Shown here: piece by piece, positions 1 to 9,467 of the stretch | How the letters are laid out: the number at the start of each line of letters is the position of its first letter | How positions within the stretch are numbered: the stretch's first letter is position 1 | DNA from: Lachnospiraceae bacterium | Lineage (GTDB): Bacteria; Bacillota; Clostridia; Lachnospirales; Lachnospiraceae | Direction: 5' to 3' | Assembly: GCA_017527205.1 (NCBI GenBank) | Contig: JAFXQK010000005.1 | Location: forward strand, 1,180-65,179 | Length of the DNA: 64,000 nucleotides | Notes under the pieces: model-generated | Seen by the model: the letters and a program-made list of their open reading frames with translations, nothing else | Told to the model about the DNA's origin: nothing | The model's database searches: none | Position numbers and translations under genes: made by a program

Positions 1-396
1 CTGTATGACTATGGCGTTGCAAGGCTTCCAGACATCAGTGAGACCTTAAAGAGTCGGACGCTGTCCGTGACCAATGCCATGGCGGTGAACGGATTTTCCG
101 AGCATAAGGATTTGGCGAATCGTTTTGCGGAATATGTCACCAGAACCTGCAGCAAGGAGCTGTATCCGAAGGCCGGGAAAATGGCGACGGCCTTGCAGGC
201 AAGCCGAGATGACAGGCTGCTCACGACCTTCACGAATCAATACGCAGACAGCATTTCCCTTCCGAAGATCATGGAAATCGGTAACCTTTGGTTACAGCTG
301 GAAGCATTGTTTGCAAAGGTTTGGAGCGGCGAAGAGGTGCTGCCGCTGTTAAGGGATCTGGAGCGCCAGATTTCCACGCAGATTGGTGAGGAATAA
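1..396 (+). CDS. C-terminal part of an extracellular solute-binding protein (5' truncated by window edge)
   Basis: Frame is open from base 1 (LYDYGVARLP...TLSVTNAMAVNGFSEHKDLANRFAEYVT), resembling the C-terminus of sugar ABC substrate-binding proteins. Confidence 0.6.
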   Translation: MYDYGVARLPDISETLKSRTLSVTNAMAVNGFSEHKDLANRFAEYVTRTCSKELYPKAGKMATALQASRDDRLLTTFTNQYADSISLPKIMEIGNLWLQLEALFAKVWSGEEVLPLLRDLERQISTQIGEE

Positions 397-486
397 TCGT
401 TTCAGAGTCCGTTGACAATTGGACTGGAGCGAAGGAATAAAAAGAACCGGACAGGGTATACTGATCCTAGAAAAGGAGGGTATGTC

Positions 487-918
487 ATGTTCGGTTTTTT
501 GATTGCAATGCTTTCAGGAGCGCTGATGAGCATTCAGGGAGTTTTTAACACGCAGGTGACGAAGGCCTCTGGCATCTGGTCTGCAAGTGCCTTTGTCCAG
601 CTGACGGCATTCATTGTCTGCATGGGTGCCTGGTTTGGCATGGAACGAAGGAGCCTTCTCAAGGTGTTTTCCGTCGAGCCGAAGTATATGCTGCTTGGCG
701 GCGTCATGGGGGCCCTGATCACCTTCACCGTGATCAAGAGCATGGACATGCTAGGACCTGCCAAGGCGGTGCTTTTGATTGTAGTCTCACAGCTGGCCGT
801 TGCCTATGGCATGGAGCTTATGGGGCTGTTTCAGGTGGAAAAGCAGCCCTTTGAGTGGCGGAAGGCATTGGGCCTAGGCATCGCCATCCTCGGAATCATT
901 GTGTTTAAGTGGAAATAG
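487..918 (+). CDS. DMT family transporter (YdcZ-like)
   Basis: RBS AAAGGAGGG before ATG 487; hydrophobic protein of about 143 aa with GALMSIQGVFN and LLGGVMGA motifs. Confidence 0.85.
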   Translation: MFGFLIAMLSGALMSIQGVFNTQVTKASGIWSASAFVQLTAFIVCMGAWFGMERRSLLKVFSVEPKYMLLGGVMGALITFTVIKSMDMLGPAKAVLLIVVSQLAVAYGMELMGLFQVEKQPFEWRKALGLGIAILGIIVFKWK

Positions 919-1020
919 GGTCTTGCACAGGAGGGCATTTTCGCTTACAATATTTTTATCGACAAGACGGCGTCCCATACGTTTGACGAGTGTGCGCATG
1001 GCGGACAAAGGGTTGAATAT

Positions 1021-1722
1021 ATGGGAAAGAACAGGAAACAAAGAGTACGAAATCTGCGGCGGGGTCAGGGCTTTTTCAAAAGGAAGCCTATGGCCGTGCT
1101 GTTTGCGTGCATTTTTATGACCTGTATGCTTGCGGCGTGTCAGACGGACAAGGCGCTGACGCTTTCCTATTCTGTTGCAGGAGAGGAGAGTGCTGCGCAG
1201 GAAACGCCTCAGGGCGACGGGGATGCAAGCTCTGGCGATCCGTTGGCGCAGGCATCAACGCCACTGAAAGAGGCGAGTTCGAAGGAAGGGGCTGGCGCGC
1301 AGACAGAGGAAAGGATCTACGTTCATGTCTGCGGAGCAGTGCGGGATCCCGGCGTCAAGGAGCTTCCCAAGGGGAGCAGGGTCTTTGATGCCCTGGAGTT
1401 AGCTGGCGGCTTTACGGAGGATGCGGATCAGGCATATGTCAATCTGGCGGGTTTTCTGCAGGATGGACAACAGCTCTATTTTCCCGCTGTAGGGGAGGTA
1501 CTTCCGAGAACGGAAGAGGCGGGGAGTCTTGTGGATCTTAATACGGCGGATGAGGCGATGCTATGTACGCTTCCGGGCATTGGGGAGACCCGCGCGAAGG
1601 AAATTTTGAAATACCGCAAGGAGCATGGTGGGTTTTCCAAGGTGGAGGAGCTCATGGAGGTGCCCGGCATTAAGAAAGCCACGTACGAGAAAATTCGAGA
1701 TTTGGTTATGGTTCGGAAATAG
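1021..1722 (+). CDS. comEA: ComEA family DNA-binding competence protein (SLBB + helix-hairpin-helix)
   Basis: IYVHVCGAVRDPGV...RVFDALELAGG, VDLNTADEAMLCTLPGIGETRAKEILKYR and VPGIK motifs. The true start may be ATG 1090. Confidence 0.9.
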   Translation: MGKNRKQRVRNLRRGQGFFKRKPMAVLFACIFMTCMLAACQTDKALTLSYSVAGEESAAQETPQGDGDASSGDPLAQASTPLKEASSKEGAGAQTEERIYVHVCGAVRDPGVKELPKGSRVFDALELAGGFTEDADQAYVNLAGFLQDGQQLYFPAVGEVLPRTEEAGSLVDLNTADEAMLCTLPGIGETRAKEILKYRKEHGGFSKVEELMEVPGIKKATYEKIRDLVMVRK

Positions 1723-1746
1723 TGGAAAGGTGAGAGGAAGAGGAAA

Positions 1747-2439
1747 ATGGCAGACAGAAAGGTTTTGGTCGTGGATGATGAAAAACTGATCGTGAAGGGG
1801 ATCCGCTTTAGCTTAGAGCAGGACGGCATGTCGGTGGACTGTGCCTATGATGGGGAGGAAGCGCTCGAGCTTGCGCGGAACAACCAGTATGACATCATTT
1901 TGTTGGACGTCATGCTTCCCAAAATCGGTGGTTTTGAGGTCTGTCAGCAGATTCGTGAGTTTTCGGACGTGCCTGTGATCATGCTGACGGCCAGGGGTGA
2001 AGACATGGATAAAATTCTTGGCCTGGAATATGGCGCGGACGATTATATTACTAAGCCCTTCAACATTCTTGAGGTGAAGGCAAGGATCAAGGCCATCATG
2101 AGGCGCGTTGACAACAAAAATGCCGATGCGGGTCAGAGCAAGTCCATAGACGGTGGCGACGTGCATCTGGATTGTGAGGGACGCCGCGCTTACATAGCAG
2201 GAACGGAAATCGGCCTGACGGCCAAGGAATTTGAGGTGTTAGAGCTTCTCATGCTAAATCCCGGAAAGGTCTACGGGAGAGAAAACCTTTTGAAGCTGAT
2301 CTGGGGAACGGATTATCCCGGCGACGTCAGAACCGTTGACGTTCACGTCAGAAGGCTTCGCGAGAAGATTGAGGAAAACCCGAGTGAGCCTCATTATGTC
2401 AGGACAAAGTGGGGCGTTGGATACTATTTTCAGGCGTAA
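1747..2439 (+). CDS. OmpR/PhoB family response regulator
   Basis: VLVVDDE, LLDVMLP, MLTARGE, GADDYITKPF and winged-helix RTVDVHVRRLREKIE...TKWGVGY. Confidence 0.95.
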   Translation: MADRKVLVVDDEKLIVKGIRFSLEQDGMSVDCAYDGEEALELARNNQYDIILLDVMLPKIGGFEVCQQIREFSDVPVIMLTARGEDMDKILGLEYGADDYITKPFNILEVKARIKAIMRRVDNKNADAGQSKSIDGGDVHLDCEGRRAYIAGTEIGLTAKEFEVLELLMLNPGKVYGRENLLKLIWGTDYPGDVRTVDVHVRRLREKIEENPSEPHYVRTKWGVGYYFQA

Positions 2440-2461
2440 CGAAGGATAATGGGAGAGACGG

Positions 2462-4012
2462 ATGGTGAAGCTGCCGGAGGATATCAAAGAAAATTTGAAA
2501 CAAAATTTTAAGCAAGTGCTTTTCCTGCGCAGCTTTCGGGCGAGAATCTGTCTTCTTGTCTTGGTGGTGGGTATTTTGACGAGTGCGCTCATGCGCCATG
2601 CCATTATGGCAACCTATGAGAGCCGTGCGGTTTCGCAGCGAACGGAGACGGTAAAGAACCAGCTCCTGATCGTGGCAAAGCACCTGGTCAGTAACAATTA
2701 CTTTTCGACCTACCGCCTGCAGGAGCCTGCCATGATCGCTTCGAGACAAGGCATCAACGGAGAGCTGGAGACCATCTCCAATCTTTATGGCGGCCGCGTC
2801 ATGATTATTGGAAAGAGCTGCAAGGTCATCAAAGACACCTATGGCATCAGCGAAGGAAAGACCATGATTTCCGAGGAAGTGATCAAGTGCTTCCAGGGAG
2901 AGAATACGTCACATTATGACTCCGACAACGGATACATAGAAATAACGATACCCATTACCTCAACGGGCGTGGACGGAAAGTCGAGCACCGTTGGCGTCAT
3001 GCTGACCAGCGTTTCGGATGAAACCATCGTGGACATGATTAACATCATGAATCGAAACGCCATCATGCTGGAGGTGCTCATGATTATGGGCATTATCGTG
3101 GCGTCTGTGTTGCTTTCCGGCGCTTTAACGAGACCTTTCGGCAAGATTTCCGCAGAGATTCGTAAGGTAAAGGAGGGCACCAGCGAAAAGGCCATCTCCG
3201 TGCCGGATTATGTTGAGACCGAGCACATTGTAGATGCCTTCAATGATTTGCTGGGAAGAATGAATGCCCTGAACGCGTCGCGTCAGGAATTCGTGGCTAA
3301 CGTATCGCATGAGCTGAGAACGCCCATGGCATCGCTGAAGGTGCTGGCGGATTCTTTGCTGACGCAGCAGGACGTTCCAGCGGAGCTTTATCGGGAATTT
3401 ATGACGGACATGGTTTCAGAAATTGACCGCGAGAATCATATTATCACGGATCTGCTGTCTTTGGTGAAGATGGATAAAACGGATCAGGAATTAAACGTCG
3501 TGGCGCTCAGCATCAATGATCTTGCGGAGCTTACGCTAAGGCGTCTTCGTCCCATTGCAAGGAAAAAGGACATTGAGGTCACCTTCGAGAGCAATCGCCT
3601 TGTCACCGCTGAGGTGGATGAGGTGAAGATGACCCTGATCATGACAAATCTTGTGGAAAATGCCATTAAATATAATCAGGAGCATGGCTGGGTGAAGGTG
3701 GTACTTGATGCGGATCACCAGCATTTTACGCTGCAGGTCAGCGATTCCGGGTTGGGGATTCCTGAACAGGATCTGCCGCACATCTACGAAAGATTTTACC
3801 GCGCCGACAAATCTCATTCGCGTGAGATGGGCGGAACGGGTCTTGGCCTTTCCATCACGAAGAGTGCCGTGCTGCTGCACAGGGGTTCCATTACGGTGAG
3901 CAGTAAGCTCGGAGAGGGCAGCACCTTTACGGTCAAAATTCCGCTGAATTACATTACCAGTAGTAAAAAGCGGGGCAGCGACAGGGAGAATAAGACAAGT
4001 GCGGAAGCGTAA
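2462..4012 (+). CDS. HAMP-domain sensor histidine kinase
   Basis: Two TM segments, H-box FVANVSHELRTP, N-box NLVENAIKY, G boxes DSGLGI and GGTGLGLSI. Confidence 0.95.
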   Translation: MVKLPEDIKENLKQNFKQVLFLRSFRARICLLVLVVGILTSALMRHAIMATYESRAVSQRTETVKNQLLIVAKHLVSNNYFSTYRLQEPAMIASRQGINGELETISNLYGGRVMIIGKSCKVIKDTYGISEGKTMISEEVIKCFQGENTSHYDSDNGYIEITIPITSTGVDGKSSTVGVMLTSVSDETIVDMINIMNRNAIMLEVLMIMGIIVASVLLSGALTRPFGKISAEIRKVKEGTSEKAISVPDYVETEHIVDAFNDLLGRMNALNASRQEFVANVSHELRTPMASLKVLADSLLTQQDVPAELYREFMTDMVSEIDRENHIITDLLSLVKMDKTDQELNVVALSINDLAELTLRRLRPIARKKDIEVTFESNRLVTAEVDEVKMTLIMTNLVENAIKYNQEHGWVKVVLDADHQHFTLQVSDSGLGIPEQDLPHIYERFYRADKSHSREMGGTGLGLSITKSAVLLHRGSITVSSKLGEGSTFTVKIPLNYITSSKKRGSDRENKTSAEA

Positions 4013-4110
4013 GTAGGAAAAGCAAAGGAAAAGAGAAGAAAACACAGAGATACGAAGAAAAAGCGAAAAAGCGAAGAAAACGCAAAGAGAAAGTGACCTG
4101 GAGGGATAAA

Positions 4111-5055
4111 ATGGGTTTTATGCTGCAAGAAGACAAGAAAAGAATGCGATGGCTCTTTGTCATCCTGCTCCTGGCAGGTGTTCTTTGCGTGCTTTCTTCC
4201 TGCGGAGAGAAGAAAAAAACAAATGGTCCCGTGGTGCAGGTATACTATGTCTCAAATATGGAAACAAAGGTAGAAACTCATGAATATGAAAAACCTGTCG
4301 GTTCCACGGAGGAACAGGTCAAGACGCTGATGGCGTATCTCGCAGCCGTTTATGAAAAACCGCCATATAAATCGCCCCTGGCCATGGGCTTTCAGGTCCT
4401 TGGCGTGGAATACCAGGAGGGAGGCCTCATTCTCAACATGGATGAGAATTATTCCAAGCTGAGCTCGACGACGGAGGTTCTCGTGCGGGCGGCCATCGTT
4501 CGAACCCTGATACAGGCGGACGGTGTGAACAGAGTGGAAATTTTGGTGAATGGCAACCAGCTGATTGACGGCGCGGGAGATCCCGTGGGATGGATGACGG
4601 ATGGGCAATTTATTTATAATGACGGAAGTGAGATCAATTCCTACGAGCAGATTCGCGTAAAGCTCTATTTTGCCAACGAGGCGGGAGACAAACTGATCGC
4701 GGCCTATCGCGAGAAGTTTTATTCCACGAACACCTCCCTGGAGCGATTTGTCGTGGATGAGATTTTGGCAGGGCCGAGCGGTAAGATTGCCGGCTTGTAT
4801 GCGACCATCAGTCCCGAAACGAAGATCTTAAGCGTTATGACAAAGGATGGAATTTGTTATTTGAATTTCGATTCGAATTTCCTGACGGTCGTGAACAACG
4901 TCAGTTTGGACGTGGAGATCTATTCCATCGTCAATTCCCTGACGGAGCTGCAGGGCGTAAACCGCGTTCAGATTCTGGTGGACGGTGACGTGCCTGACGT
5001 CTTTGGAAGCGCCATGTTCGAAAGAAACATGGATATTGTGACGACCCTGGAATAA
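4111..5055 (+). CDS. GerMN domain lipoprotein
   Basis: Lipobox LSSC; two GerMN-like repeats (RAAIVRTLIQADGVNRVEILVNG and YSIVNSLTELQGVNRVQILVDG); RBS GGAGGG. Confidence 0.85.
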   Translation: MGFMLQEDKKRMRWLFVILLLAGVLCVLSSCGEKKKTNGPVVQVYYVSNMETKVETHEYEKPVGSTEEQVKTLMAYLAAVYEKPPYKSPLAMGFQVLGVEYQEGGLILNMDENYSKLSSTTEVLVRAAIVRTLIQADGVNRVEILVNGNQLIDGAGDPVGWMTDGQFIYNDGSEINSYEQIRVKLYFANEAGDKLIAAYREKFYSTNTSLERFVVDEILAGPSGKIAGLYATISPETKILSVMTKDGICYLNFDSNFLTVVNNVSLDVEIYSIVNSLTELQGVNRVQILVDGDVPDVFGSAMFERNMDIVTTLE

Positions 5056-5058
5056 GCA

Positions 5059-5137
5059 TAACTCGGGGTGAGGACTGGACAGTCTTTCTACTAACCATTT
5101 GACTTAGAAAGACTGTCCAGCCCTTCCCCTCGAGTTA
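5059..5137. repeat. Intergenic imperfect palindrome, copy 1 of the CTCGGGG...CCCCTCGRG family
   Basis: Perfect 16-bp arms CTGGACAGTCTTTCTA (5075-5090) / TAGAAAGACTGTCCAG (5105-5120) inside ACTCGGGG...CCCCTCGAGT ends. Confidence 0.8.
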
Positions 5138-5181
5138 GTTTAAATCTGGGGCGTCGGTAAAAATGAATGAGGAGGGGTGGC

Positions 5182-7764
5182 ATGAAGAGGCCCTTGTTTT
5201 GGGTCTGCATTGCCTTGGCAATTTTGGCCGTGCTGAATTTCGTATGGAGCGGTGCGGCAAATCAGACAGGCAGATTAAAGCAGACACTCTCTGAGGATCC
5301 CCCATGGGAAGGACAGACGGTTTGTCTTTCTGGGCGGGTGTGCGAGAAAGGCTCGCAAGGAGAGAAGGAGTATTTTATTTTGACGGATCTTTCATCGGAG
5401 GATCCTTCTTCAGATCTTATTTCAGATCAAAACGCCGCAGCTTCGCGGCAGATCATTTCCAAGCTATGTCAGTTTAAAACAGAGAAGCTCCAATGCTTTT
5501 TAGCAAAGGAGACAGGCGGAGCCTTGCCTAAAATCGGCAGCAGGGTTGTTGTGGAGGGGATTTTCTCGCTCTTTCAGGTTAGTACCAATCCAGGCGAGTT
5601 TAATTATGCAAGGTATTATCAGGGAAAGCAAATCGGCGGAAAGCTTTCCGATGTCAGTCTGCTTGACGTGACGAAGAAATACAACAGATTACGGGAAGGC
5701 TTATATGCCGTCAGAAGCTATTTTGGCAGGCGCCTGGACAAGGTGTTTCCCATCGAAGAGGCGGGGATTCTGCGCACCATGCTGCTCGGCGATCGGACGG
5801 AGCTTTCCCCGCAGGTTCGGGAATTGTATCAGGACGGCGGCATCCTTCACGTGCTCAGCATCTCAGGACTTCACGTAACGCTCCTTGGCATGGGGCTGTA
5901 TCAGCTCCTCAGGAGAATTAGCGTGCGGAGTGATGTTGCCGCGCTCTTTGCCGGAATGGTTTTGGTACTCTATGGCATCATGACGGGGATGAGTGTCTCT
6001 GCCTGCCGTGCCATAGGCATGTTTTTGTTAAGAATGCTGGCAGTCCTTTGGGGACGCACCTATGACCTTTTGACGGCAACGGCCGTCCTGGCATGCGGGA
6101 TGCTCTGCCTAGTCCCGACCTATGGCATGAATTCGGGTTTTTGGCTCTCCTTTGGCTCCATCCTTGGCATTGGCGTTGTCCTGCCTGTCTTGGAGACGGC
6201 AGGTCGCAATCTGACAATGCTAGAGATCGGTAATGCTACTGCCGGGCATTCCAAGGCATGTGATGATCCGCGCCTTGGCAGGAAAATACTTTTCTTGATC
6301 GATCGAGGGTTTCACCACATGCTGCAAGCAATAAGACAGGGCATACGGGCTGGCCTTTCCGTTTTCCTTGCCACGCTTCCCGTGACGCTCTATTTCTACT
6401 TTGAGGTGCCGACCTATTCCATGCTGTTAAATCTTCTGGTGATCCCTGCCATGGGGCCTGTGATTTTCTTTGGCTTTTTGGCAATGCTGATCCCAGGCTT
6501 AGGAATCCTTGGAACGGTAGACGTCGTAATTCTAAAGGCATTTACATGGCTGTGCGAGCAGGTGCGAGCCCTCCCCTTTTCTTCATGGAATCCAGGCTGT
6601 CCTGGAAATTGGCAGATTGTTGGATATTATGTTTTGCTGTCGATGGCATTGACTTTTCTGTGGAAGCTTGCTCGTAAAAGAGAAGAGATACAAGACGGGG
6701 GCTTAAGACAAAGGGAAGATGACGGAGTAGGAGTGCGGGTCAAAGGGAATGTGCGGCCGATAGGTAAAAGCAAGCTTATCCAATGGCTAAGAAACTGCAT
6801 CAGCAGAAAAGGTTGGCTGGCCTGGGGACTACTCATCCTGCCCATTCTCATTCTGGCTTTCCCTGCCAGACGTATGACGGGTGCGGTCTTTCTTGACGTG
6901 GGACAGGGAGACTCTATTTTGCTGCGACTCTCCAATGGTCAAACCTGGATTTATGACTGTGGCAGTTCGAATAGAAACGAGGTTGGCAAAAACATTCTCA
7001 TTCCGTATTTGAAACATGAGGGCATCAGACATATTGATGGCATCTTTGTGTCTCATGGTGATCGGGATCACGTGAGCGGACTGAAGGAGCTGTTTCAAAT
7101 GGCGGAGCAGGAGAAAATCAAAATAGACCATCTCTATTTGCCCTCATGGATGTACTCAGAGGAAGCAACTGATGAGGAAACGAAGTCTGTGCAGATGGAG
7201 ACTGAAAACGAAAGGAGAAATTCATTAGATGCCGTGAAGGGCGAGGCAGCTAAATTTGAGGTTTCAAAGAATGAGGCAAGTTTAGTGGAGTTTGCGAAAA
7301 GCATGAAAAAAATGCAAATCCATGTATTAAAAGCAGGAGACAGCTTGGACGGACAAGCGATCTCTTTCCTAACATTGCATCCCCAAAAATTAATATCTCC
7401 TGCGGAGTTGGACGGAAATGAGGCATCACTATGTCTTTTAGTACAGCTAAAGAAACAGGGAAGGAGTTTGACGATCCTATTAACGGGTGACACGCAAGGG
7501 GAGGGCGAAAAGGAGTTGCTCGCGGAATTAAAAGGTAGAGGTATCAATAAAGTGGATGTCCTAAAATGCGCGCATCATGGTTCCAAATATGCAACCTCGC
7601 CTCTCTTTTTAGAACAAATCGATGCGGAACTTACGGTCATTTCCTGCGGGAGAAGAAACTCCTACGGTCACCCGCATGCGGAGCTTTTGCAGCGCCTTTC
7701 TGATGACGGCACCGCGATCCTTCGCACCGATCAATTGGGTGCCATCACCATTTATGACAGATAA
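5182..7764 (+). CDS. comEC: ComEC/Rec2 DNA uptake competence protein
   Basis: NPGEFNY OB-fold region, GILHVLSISGLHV competence domain, metallo-beta-lactamase FLDVGQGDS, SHGDRDH and LKCAHHGS. Confidence 0.95.
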   Translation: MKRPLFWVCIALAILAVLNFVWSGAANQTGRLKQTLSEDPPWEGQTVCLSGRVCEKGSQGEKEYFILTDLSSEDPSSDLISDQNAAASRQIISKLCQFKTEKLQCFLAKETGGALPKIGSRVVVEGIFSLFQVSTNPGEFNYARYYQGKQIGGKLSDVSLLDVTKKYNRLREGLYAVRSYFGRRLDKVFPIEEAGILRTMLLGDRTELSPQVRELYQDGGILHVLSISGLHVTLLGMGLYQLLRRISVRSDVAALFAGMVLVLYGIMTGMSVSACRAIGMFLLRMLAVLWGRTYDLLTATAVLACGMLCLVPTYGMNSGFWLSFGSILGIGVVLPVLETAGRNLTMLEIGNATAGHSKACDDPRLGRKILFLIDRGFHHMLQAIRQGIRAGLSVFLATLPVTLYFYFEVPTYSMLLNLLVIPAMGPVIFFGFLAMLIPGLGILGTVDVVILKAFTWLCEQVRALPFSSWNPGCPGNWQIVGYYVLLSMALTFLWKLARKREEIQDGGLRQREDDGVGVRVKGNVRPIGKSKLIQWLRNCISRKGWLAWGLLILPILILAFPARRMTGAVFLDVGQGDSILLRLSNGQTWIYDCGSSNRNEVGKNILIPYLKHEGIRHIDGIFVSHGDRDHVSGLKELFQMAEQEKIKIDHLYLPSWMYSEEATDEETKSVQMETENERRNSLDAVKGEAAKFEVSKNEASLVEFAKSMKKMQIHVLKAGDSLDGQAISFLTLHPQKLISPAELDGNEASLCLLVQLKKQGRSLTILLTGDTQGEGEKELLAELKGRGINKVDVLKCAHHGSKYATSPLFLEQIDAELTVISCGRRNSYGHPHAELLQRLSDDGTAILRTDQLGAITIYDR

Positions 7765-7861
7765 TCAAAACTTTAGCATATGTTTTTGTAAAATGTTGTA
7801 GTATAATAATCTTGGCATTGGAAAATCGTTATAGACCGACTCGACGAAGGAGGGTATTTTT

Positions 7862-8116
7862 ATGACGAGGGAAGAGTGGAATCAGAAGCTGGAAAAATGG
7901 ATTGCCTATTTAGGGACGTGTACAATATCCCCGTGATGGAAAAGGTGATCAAGGAGAGATTTCACGGAAAGTATCCTGCCAGAAAATCCATCCAGACAAA
8001 CTTTGCACACGTGGGCGGCCCTGATGGATTACATTTCCAGGCGGACGCGGTCGCATATTGTGGACAAAACGGCTGTACAAAATAATATGAGGAAAAGACA
8101 TGGAGAAGGCATTTGA
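7862..8116 (+). CDS. Small ORF with two in-frame TGA codons (candidate selenoprotein, or pseudogene)
   Basis: RBS AAGGAGGG; reads MTREEWNQKLEKWIAYLGTCTISP(TGA)WKR(TGA)SRRDFTESILPENPSRQTLHTWAALMDYISRR...GEGI*; the end overlaps the start of the next gene. Confidence 0.5.
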
Positions 8117-9050
8117 AGGAAGCAGAAGATTTTATGAAGAAGATGTGAGGGGTATGATACGGGAGCTGTTTCCTAAGTATGAAAAAAGAATTGCCGTGGG
8201 ACTTGTTGGAGAGGGATCGGATTGCTTTGGATATGACGATGTGCTTTCGAAGGATCATGATTATGGGACGGGCGTGTGCCTCTGGATCACGGAGGAGGAT
8301 TTCGCAAAGATTGGTTCTCCCCTATCCATAGCCTACAATGAATTGCTTGACAAAAAGGGGATTGTCCTTTCCGAGAGGCTTCGGGCGAGGCGCGGCGTCA
8401 TGACGATCAATGGCTTTTATGGTAATATTCTTGGAGCCCCCTGCGATGCAGAGAGTGGAAATCTTTCAGATGACGATTGGCTTCGCTTTGACAAGACCTG
8501 CCTTGCAACTGCCGTGAATGGTGAGGTTTTCCGCGATGACCTTGACATATTCAGCGCTTTTCGCAGATTGCTTTTAGCTTATTATCCGGATAGACCCTGG
8601 AGGATCAGAATTGCGGAGGAGATGCATGCCTACTCGGCGGCCCTGCAGGTCAACTACGCGCGCTGTATGGTAAGACGCGATATCGTTGCAGCAGACCTTT
8701 GCCGCCTTCGGGGAATGGAAGCGGCCATGCAGCTGTTCTTCTTACTAAAGAGGATTCCTGCACCCTATTACAAATGGACCTACCATGCATTAAGGAAAAT
8801 CAGGGGTGGAGAGAGGCTTGCACCGCTTTTGGAAATGCTTTCGAAATCGAGAACGGACATGGGTGCGTGGAAGTCTTGGAATTATGACGCGGACAGGCTG
8901 AATCTGAATGATGCCACGGTTCTTTTGTCTGAGCGAATTGCCGCCATACTTCTCGAACTGCTTCGGGAAAATGGTCTTAGCAGGGGGATGGATCCCTATT
9001 TGGAAAGATATGTGAATGAGGTACTTGACGGACGGCGCACGATACCCTAA
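8100..9050 (+). CDS. DUF4037 domain protein (nucleotidyltransferase-like N-terminus)
   Basis: IAVGLVGEGSDCFGYDDVLSKDHDYGTG and LATAVNGEVFRDDL motifs typical of DUF4037 proteins. Confidence 0.8.
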   Translation: MEKAFEGSRRFYEEDVRGMIRELFPKYEKRIAVGLVGEGSDCFGYDDVLSKDHDYGTGVCLWITEEDFAKIGSPLSIAYNELLDKKGIVLSERLRARRGVMTINGFYGNILGAPCDAESGNLSDDDWLRFDKTCLATAVNGEVFRDDLDIFSAFRRLLLAYYPDRPWRIRIAEEMHAYSAALQVNYARCMVRRDIVAADLCRLRGMEAAMQLFFLLKRIPAPYYKWTYHALRKIRGGERLAPLLEMLSKSRTDMGAWKSWNYDADRLNLNDATVLLSERIAAILLELLRENGLSRGMDPYLERYVNEVLDGRRTIP

Positions 9051-9224
9051 GGTATGGTGCGCTGTTTGCATCTGTAAGGCTATTCGATTTCGTGCTACAA
9101 TCATTATAACAAAAGAAATACTAGTTACCCAGAAAGCAATATCGTAACAAGACAACATGTCACCCAGCAATCAGTCACATAACTCGTTGACAATTCCTTG
9201 TTCGCCTAGAAAGGGGGCAGCAAT

Positions 9225-9392
9225 ATGATGAGTTACGACAAGAATGTTGGAAAAAGAGCTCTTTGGATTATGATCGCAGCAATCGGCTTTGTTGCCGTGA
9301 CGATCACTTCCATCTTCCCGCCGCTGGCAGCTTTCCTTGTGCTGGTTGGCCTGAAATTAAAGCAGGAGGTGTTTCATGTTCATAACAATTGA
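9225..9392 (+). CDS. Small membrane protein (55 aa), below the ORF-track cutoff
   Basis: RBS-like AAAGGGGG; MMSYDKNVGKRALWIMIAAIGFVAVTITSIFPPLAAFLVLVGLKLKQEVFHVHNN has a long hydrophobic hairpin-like stretch. Confidence 0.45.
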   Translation: MMSYDKNVGKRALWIMIAAIGFVAVTITSIFPPLAAFLVLVGLKLKQEVFHVHNN

Positions 9393-9467
9393 TGCAGGAA
9401 AAACCTGCGATAGTAGTAAAAATAGTATCGGGCGGTGATTTGATGAATAGTCAGGTTGCCGCCTGCA

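Noticed and set aside
4010-4095. Purine-rich low-complexity tract between the kinase and GerMN genes
   Set aside because: No regular period or structure; treated as a simple A/G-rich spacer.
7876-8085. 69-aa ORF from the track
   Set aside because: No well-placed RBS; the overlapping frame starting at 7862 has the RBS and a more protein-like sequence.
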